Assembly: GCA_903892035.1 (NCBI GenBank)
Contig: CAITGV010000001.1
Coordinates: 226,711-290,710 of the forward strand
Length of the DNA: 64,000 nucleotides
Source of the DNA: an uncultured bacterium
GTDB taxonomy: Bacteria > Patescibacteriota > Minisyncoccia > Phycocordibacterales > UBA9973
Direction of reading: 5' to 3'
Within the stretch, counting starts at the first letter, position 1. Each line of letters starts with the position of its first letter. A program made the position numbers and the translations under genes. Below, piece by piece: positions 58,613-64,000 of the stretch. The notes under the pieces are model-generated. The model saw only the letters and a list, made by a program, of their open reading frames with translations. It was not told the origin of the DNA and ran no database searches.

Positions 58613-59611
58613 ATGAAAAAGGTAATCTTAGTAGTCCTTGTTCTGGCGACCACAGGTTGCCTAGGACAAAACCTGTTGCCATACAGGAATCCAAATGGCA
58701 AATGGAACATTAGAAGTTCTTGGTACGATTCTGCAAAGGTGGAGAGAATAAATAATCTTAACCACAGAATAAACAAAGAACTTCCTCAGTATAAACTGAG
58801 AGATGTCACCATCGGAGACTTGCCGGCTATTGAAGCCAGTGAAAGGCAAGTAGAAATAAGCACTCGCGGTGCAAACGGCGAGAAGCTTAATTTGGATCAC
58901 GCAATTGATCCACGCTCCAAAAAAGATATGCTTACCTATTCTCATGCTGAGAAAAGACAAGCATATCAGTACAACCCGAAGCTTTTTGGGGGACCTGATT
59001 TTTGGTGGAGTGAAAGGTTGGTATCTTGTGGAAATTTTTGGGATGGTATAGAGTTCGAGGAGTATAAGGCTTCTCTGACACTATCTCAAAATTCTCCTGC
59101 GAGTACTGGTAATGCCACTGGTTCAAACACCGTGGTAATATCAAAAGTTGATACAGTTTACATGCATGATACGGTTTGGGTTGAAAGACCCAATCAAAAC
59201 TATGCTGGTAATCAATATCAACAACCTTATGGTAACCAGTATGGTTACCAACAACCAATTTATGGATCAGCTTACTATGTTGAAAGCCAACCCTATTATT
59301 GGGGAGTATCTCAACCAGTTTGTTGGTCACAGTCAAACTGCCAGCATTATAATTATACTTATCAAGGTAGAAGTTATAATTGCAGGCAACGTCCAGTTGT
59401 TCAACAGAGAAGTGGATCACCGGTAAATGCTCCAACGGGGTATGTACATGGTGTTTCTCCTGTAAATGGACCAACTGGCTACACTCATTCTGGTGGCCCG
59501 ACAAATTCCGGCAACGGACTGTACGGACCAACAAATGGTTCAAATGGTTCCCATTTTCACAGTGTTGGAAATGGTGCCACCCAAGCGCCTCATGGGTTAA
59601 TGAGACATTAA
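58613..59611 (+). CDS. Secreted hypothetical protein with Q/Y/N/G-rich low-complexity tail
   Basis: Signal peptide, own promoter and a downstream hairpin at ~59617-59646. Confidence 0.7.
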   Translation: MKKVILVVLVLATTGCLGQNLLPYRNPNGKWNIRSSWYDSAKVERINNLNHRINKELPQYKLRDVTIGDLPAIEASERQVEISTRGANGEKLNLDHAIDPRSKKDMLTYSHAEKRQAYQYNPKLFGGPDFWWSERLVSCGNFWDGIEFEEYKASLTLSQNSPASTGNATGSNTVVISKVDTVYMHDTVWVERPNQNYAGNQYQQPYGNQYGYQQPIYGSAYYVESQPYYWGVSQPVCWSQSNCQHYNYTYQGRSYNCRQRPVVQQRSGSPVNAPTGYVHGVSPVNGPTGYTHSGGPTNSGNGLYGPTNGSNGSHFHSVGNGATQAPHGLMRH

Positions 59612-59721
59612 AGTTTGGTAGAAGTGAGATTTATCCACTTCTACCCATACTTAAGGTTTTAATTTTAAATTGAAATTTTAAGTGTGCGAGATGAAATTAT
59701 AAGAATTAATTATTAATATAT

Positions 59722-62226
59722 ATGAAAAATTTTATGAAAAAATTTATAATGGTTTCCTTTTTTGCTTTAGCACTATTTTGTGCAAAGGCAACTTTTGCGT
59801 CGGCAAGTTTCAATACTGAGTATAATGATTTGCCAACTGTTCAGGTTTCAAATTATACTCAGCACCCAGGGTGTTCTACTTGTTGGGCACCGACAGTATC
59901 TGCAAATCCCGGAGATGTTGTAGCTGTCGAAGTGTATTACCATAATACAAGTCCAACTGTTGCATCATCGACTCATATATATATGTCACCACAAACAACT
60001 GGCGCAGTTTCATCTCAAACCTTCTCAGGTTCCGTCGGTGGTGTTTCAGGTTCTGCGGTTGTTTCACTTTCCTCATCCGTTACATTAAATTATATTTCTG
60101 GTTCGACTGTGTGGTATGCAGATCAAAACATGAGTTCACCCGCTGGACTTTTAAATGGACAAAATGGCAGTGAACTATTTTCTGGTGGATTAAATATTGG
60201 TGACATTGGCGGTGAAAATTCTTGCCCAAATAGTAATATTTTTTGTCATCAAGGAATTGTAATTGCACATTTTCAAGCGGGAAACGTGCAACAACAAGCA
60301 CAGTGTACAATAAATTCTTTCACAGCAAATCCTAGTAACATTACAGCAGGAAATATTACTTCTTTACAATGGAGTACAACAAACTGTTTAAATGTTAATC
60401 TCTCTGGTTTTGGAAATGTTGCGCCGTCTGGCAATCAGCAAACTGGTGCCCTTTATAATTCAAATTCTTACACTCTAAGTGCGACAGGAAATAACGGTAA
60501 TCCTTCGCAGACAGTATATGTGACAGTAAATCAGCAACAGCAAAATCCTTGTGTGATAAATTCTTTTTCAGCGAGTCCAACTTCAGTGACTTCTGGTGGT
60601 TCGACAATTTTAAATTGGTCAACATCAAATTGTACTAGTGCGTCAATTTCAGGAATTGGTTCAGTGGCAGTAACAGGAAGTCAGTCAACAGGCGCAATAT
60701 ACGGAACAATGAATTACACTCTTAGTGCATATGGAACAAATGGTAATCCATCTCAAACAATAACAGTCACAAGTCAGCAACAGCAAAATAATTGTTTTAT
60801 AAATTCATTTTCCGCAAATCCAACTTCAGTGGCTAATGGAGGCTATTCTACACTTTCATGGTCAACATCTGGATGTACTAGTGTTTCAATTTCAAATATT
60901 GGAAGTGTTTCAAATTCAAGTTCTCAATCAATTGGTCCAGTTTATGGAACAATGACTTACACACTTTCTGCTTATGGAAATTCAAATGGTGTTGTAACAC
61001 AAACAGTTAGTGTCTTTGCAAGTCAGCAACAGCAAAATAATTGTTACATAAATTCATTTTATGCATCACCTACAAGTGTCTCTTCGGGTTTACCTGTGAC
61101 ACTAAATTGGTCTACAAATTACGGAGGAAATGGCACGCTGACAAGTACAAATGGATATTATTCATCTGTATCTAGTACAGGATCACAAACTTTTTATCCA
61201 ACAGCAACTACTACATATACATTGAATATGAATTGTTCAAATTACAATTCGTACAATAGTTCTCCTGCGAGTCAGTCAATAACTGTGACAGTAAATCCAG
61301 TTTATGTGGCACCTGTTACAGCAACAGTATCAACATTGCTTGCAAACGGTATCACTCAAACATCAGCCCGACTCAACGGTCTTGTGATAAATAATCAAGG
61401 TACTTCTGTAACAGCACATTTTGAATATGGAACTACTACAAGTTATGGCTATGTGACCAGCAATCAAAGCATTGGTAGCGCGTCATCAATTTCATTTGCA
61501 GATACTGCTTCAAACTTAACACCAGCAACAAGTTATTTTTTCCGAGCAGTTGCTCAAACAGGAAATGGAACAGTTTATGGTGACCCGGTATTTTTCCGAA
61601 CACTTTCAAATAGTGTGCCAACTCCAGTAATTGTGCGATATGTAAATACATATACAGGAGGTGGACCTGAATCACTTTTGTCTCTTACTGTTACTACACC
61701 TTTCTCAACTGTTTATGCGGGAGACAGTGTGAATGATGTCATCACATACACAAACATTTCTTCTCAAAATCTTACAAATGCAATATTGCGTGTAGAACTT
61801 CCAAAAGATTTTACTTTTGTAAATAGTTCAGCGGGAAGTTACTCTTCATCTGACAATGCTGTGATTTTACAACTAGGAACATTGGTTCCAAAACAAACTG
61901 GCACAGTGACAGTACAAAGTAGAGTGTCAGGTAATGCAAAAGATAAAGATGCACTAGTTACAGCAGCCAATGTCGCATTTACAGATAGAAATACTGCACA
62001 GCAAGATGCTTTGGCTTATGCAATCCATAATTTCTCAACTGGTACAAATGGAAACAATCAAGCAGCTGCAGCATTTATGGCTGGATTTTTACCAACAACA
62101 TTGTTGGGGTGGTTAATATTAATAATTATAATTTTAGTTCTAATATATTTTGGACGCAGAGTATATGGAACAACAACAACTTCAAGTCGCACTACAACAA
62201 CTCACACCCCACCACCAAGTCACTAA
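59722..62226 (+). CDS. Cell-surface protein with Ig/PKD-like repeats, FN3-like and DUF11-like domains, and a C-terminal TM
   Basis: Four ~80-aa C.INSF.A.P repeats, FEYGTT.SYG, NLTPATSY.FRAVA and LPTTLLGWL TM. Confidence 0.8.
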   Translation: MKNFMKKFIMVSFFALALFCAKATFASASFNTEYNDLPTVQVSNYTQHPGCSTCWAPTVSANPGDVVAVEVYYHNTSPTVASSTHIYMSPQTTGAVSSQTFSGSVGGVSGSAVVSLSSSVTLNYISGSTVWYADQNMSSPAGLLNGQNGSELFSGGLNIGDIGGENSCPNSNIFCHQGIVIAHFQAGNVQQQAQCTINSFTANPSNITAGNITSLQWSTTNCLNVNLSGFGNVAPSGNQQTGALYNSNSYTLSATGNNGNPSQTVYVTVNQQQQNPCVINSFSASPTSVTSGGSTILNWSTSNCTSASISGIGSVAVTGSQSTGAIYGTMNYTLSAYGTNGNPSQTITVTSQQQQNNCFINSFSANPTSVANGGYSTLSWSTSGCTSVSISNIGSVSNSSSQSIGPVYGTMTYTLSAYGNSNGVVTQTVSVFASQQQQNNCYINSFYASPTSVSSGLPVTLNWSTNYGGNGTLTSTNGYYSSVSSTGSQTFYPTATTTYTLNMNCSNYNSYNSSPASQSITVTVNPVYVAPVTATVSTLLANGITQTSARLNGLVINNQGTSVTAHFEYGTTTSYGYVTSNQSIGSASSISFADTASNLTPATSYFFRAVAQTGNGTVYGDPVFFRTLSNSVPTPVIVRYVNTYTGGGPESLLSLTVTTPFSTVYAGDSVNDVITYTNISSQNLTNAILRVELPKDFTFVNSSAGSYSSSDNAVILQLGTLVPKQTGTVTVQSRVSGNAKDKDALVTAANVAFTDRNTAQQDALAYAIHNFSTGTNGNNQAAAAFMAGFLPTTLLGWLILIIIILVLIYFGRRVYGTTTTSSRTTTTHTPPPSH

Positions 62227-62228
62227 TA

Positions 62229-62663
62229 ATGAAGAAAGAATTTACTAAAGATGAAATAAAAAAAGTAGGACAAGAAATTTACTCTTTAATTATTTCAAAA
62301 AAAAATAAAAACGCTACAATAGTCGCCCTCTCGGGCGACTTGGGCGTTGGGAAGACAACACTAACTCAATCGATTGCGAAACATTTAGGTATTACTGAAT
62401 CTGTAATTTCTCCTACGTTTGTAATTATGAAACGTTACGCGTTACGCGACTCACGTTACGCGAATTTAATTCACATCGATGCTTACCGCTTAAATTTAAG
62501 TTCCGAACTTTTGCGTCTTGGTTGGGAAGAAATAATTTCCAATCCAAAAAATTTAGTATTGATAGAATGGCCAGAAAGAGTAATTGATATAATTCCTAAA
62601 AATTGTATTCAAATTTCTCTTTCACATCATACTGAAAATACTCGTAAAATTTCAATTAAATAA
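62229..62663 (+). CDS. tsaE: tRNA t6A biosynthesis ATPase TsaE
   Basis: LSGDLGVGKTT, SPTF, HIDAYRL and IEWPE motifs; start moved to ATG 62229. Confidence 0.95.
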   Translation: MKKEFTKDEIKKVGQEIYSLIISKKNKNATIVALSGDLGVGKTTLTQSIAKHLGITESVISPTFVIMKRYALRDSRYANLIHIDAYRLNLSSELLRLGWEEIISNPKNLVLIEWPERVIDIIPKNCIQISLSHHTENTRKISIK

Positions 62664-62678
62664 TGCTATACTTTATGT

Positions 62679-64000
62679 ATGGCAAATACTAAAAACACCC
62701 CAAAACGCCTTATTTTGCTTGATTCCCATGCAATTATTCATAGGGCTTATCACGCGCTACCAGACTTCGCTTCATCCTCTGGTGAGCCTACAGGAGCCTT
62801 GTATGGGCTATCTACGATGCTCATGAAGATCATTGCAGATTTGAAGCCAGATTATATTGTCGCAGCTTACGATTTGCCAAAGAAAACTTTTCGCCATGAA
62901 GCCTACGGCGCCTATAAAGCTGGGCGAGCAAAGACTGATGATGATTTAATAACTCAACTTAAAAGTTCAAGAAAAATTTTTGAAGCATTTGGAGTGCCGA
63001 TGTACGACGCAGAAGGTTTTGAGGCTGATGATATTTTGGGAACAGTAGTAGAACATTTTGGTAAAAACCCTTCGAATTCTTCAGGGCAGGCAAAAAATTT
63101 AGATATAGTGATTGCTTCTGGAGATATGGATACAATGCAACTTGTAGATGGTAAACATGTACAAGTATTTACTTTAAAAAAGGGAATTAATGACACAATT
63201 TTATATGACGAAGAAGCTGTGCTCACTCGTTTTGGATTTAAGCCAAAACTTTTGCCCGATTATAAAGGTCTTCGAGGTGACCCATCTGATAATATTATAG
63301 GTATTAAAGGTATTGGAGAAAAAACAGCAACAACTTTAATTACAACTTTTGGAACAGTTGAAAATATTTATAAAGTTATAAAAAAAACTCCTGAACAATT
63401 AAAAAAAGTAGGTATTACTGAAAGAGTTTTACAATTATTAGTTGAAGGTGAAGAAGAAGCTTTATTTTCAAAAACTCTTGCGACCATTCGCCGTGATGCT
63501 CCTATTGACTTTAAACTTCCAGTAAAAGAATTTCGAGAATCAATTGAGATAAATAAAATTGAAAAGTTATTTAATGAATTGGAATTTCGTTCTTTATATG
63601 CAAGGGCAAAAAGCCTGTTTAATTCAAATGAAGAAATACTAAAAGAGGAAATTGCAGATAAAAAAAGTGAAAATAATGTTGACCCAAATGAATTAAAAAA
63701 AATTTCTATTGCACTTTGGCTTTTGAATTCTGAACTTTCAAATGTTACTTATGAAGACGTAATTAACTATGGAGGAAAAGATTTTGATGAGGCAAAAAAT
63801 AAAATATTGGCTGATATAGAAAAAAAAGAACTAAAATATGTTTATGAAAATATAGAATTGCCAATCATTGAACCGATTGAGGAAATGACTAAAGTTGGAA
63901 TAAAGATTGATAAAGTTTATTTAAAAAAACTTTCCGATGAGTACCATATAGAGCTTTCAAAATTAGAAAAAAATATATGGAAATATGCTGGTAGGGAATT
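62679..64000 (+). CDS. polA: DNA polymerase I (3'-truncated by window)
   Basis: Manual translation LILLDSHAIIHRAYHALP, YKAGR, EADDILG, SGDMD, GDPSDNIIGIKGIGEKTA, IELP..M...GIKID. Confidence 0.96.
   Translation, partial: MANTKNTPKRLILLDSHAIIHRAYHALPDFASSSGEPTGALYGLSTMLMKIIADLKPDYIVAAYDLPKKTFRHEAYGAYKAGRAKTDDDLITQLKSSRKIFEAFGVPMYDAEGFEADDILGTVVEHFGKNPSNSSGQAKNLDIVIASGDMDTMQLVDGKHVQVFTLKKGINDTILYDEEAVLTRFGFKPKLLPDYKGLRGDPSDNIIGIKGIGEKTATTLITTFGTVENIYKVIKKTPEQLKKVGITERVLQLLVEGEEEALFSKTLATIRRDAPIDFKLPVKEFRESIEINKIEKLFNELEFRSLYARAKSLFNSNEEILKEEIADKKSENNVDPNELKKISIALWLLNSELSNVTYEDVINYGGKDFDEAKNKILADIEKKELKYVYENIELPIIEPIEEMTKVGIKIDKVYLKKLSDEYHIELSKLEKNIWKYAGRE

Noticed and set aside
58474-58776. 100-aa N-terminal extension of PilB
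   Set aside because: It overlaps the divergent gene and its promoter; ATG 58473 has its own -10 box
1-64000. Alternative genetic code (TGA=Gly) and the many short antisense ORFs
   Set aside because: Genes are full-length under code 11 and TGA terminates pcrA and the PrgI gene; the short overlapping ORFs are shadows of real genes

Overview
This is a low-GC bacterial chromosome segment using the standard code. Gene content and gene shapes point to Patescibacteria/CPR (Parcubacteria-like); this assignment is an inference. The window contains the origin region (jag-yidC-yidD-rnpA-rpmH / dnaA-oriC-dnaN), housekeeping genes (nusA, ppa, tig, clpP, rny, hup, cca, xth, a Xer-type recombinase, rpsO, pnp, comM, pcrA, rsmA, tyrS, ruvC, ruvB, tsaE, polA) and four tRNAs. 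It also has a cluster of parS-like sites, a polyamine cassette, a PilB/GspE ATPase and a ~17-kb T4SS-like locus (PrgI, VirB4-like, VirB6-like, and a pilin fused to enzyme domains). The less obvious signals are: (1) several families of short palindromic repeats, some inserted in-frame into core enzymes; (2) a four-helix-bundle gene bracketed by heptamer-built inverted repeats, with a solo arm at clpP; (3) an AAA ATPase gene flanked by a perfect 52-bp direct repeat; (4) -10 boxes 6-7 nt upstream of many ATGs, suggesting leaderless mRNAs; (5) a covarying structured motif present twice; (6) a strong excess of genes pointing toward the predicted origin. No CRISPR array, rRNA or transposase was seen. 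All calls come from reading motifs by eye; no database searches were run.
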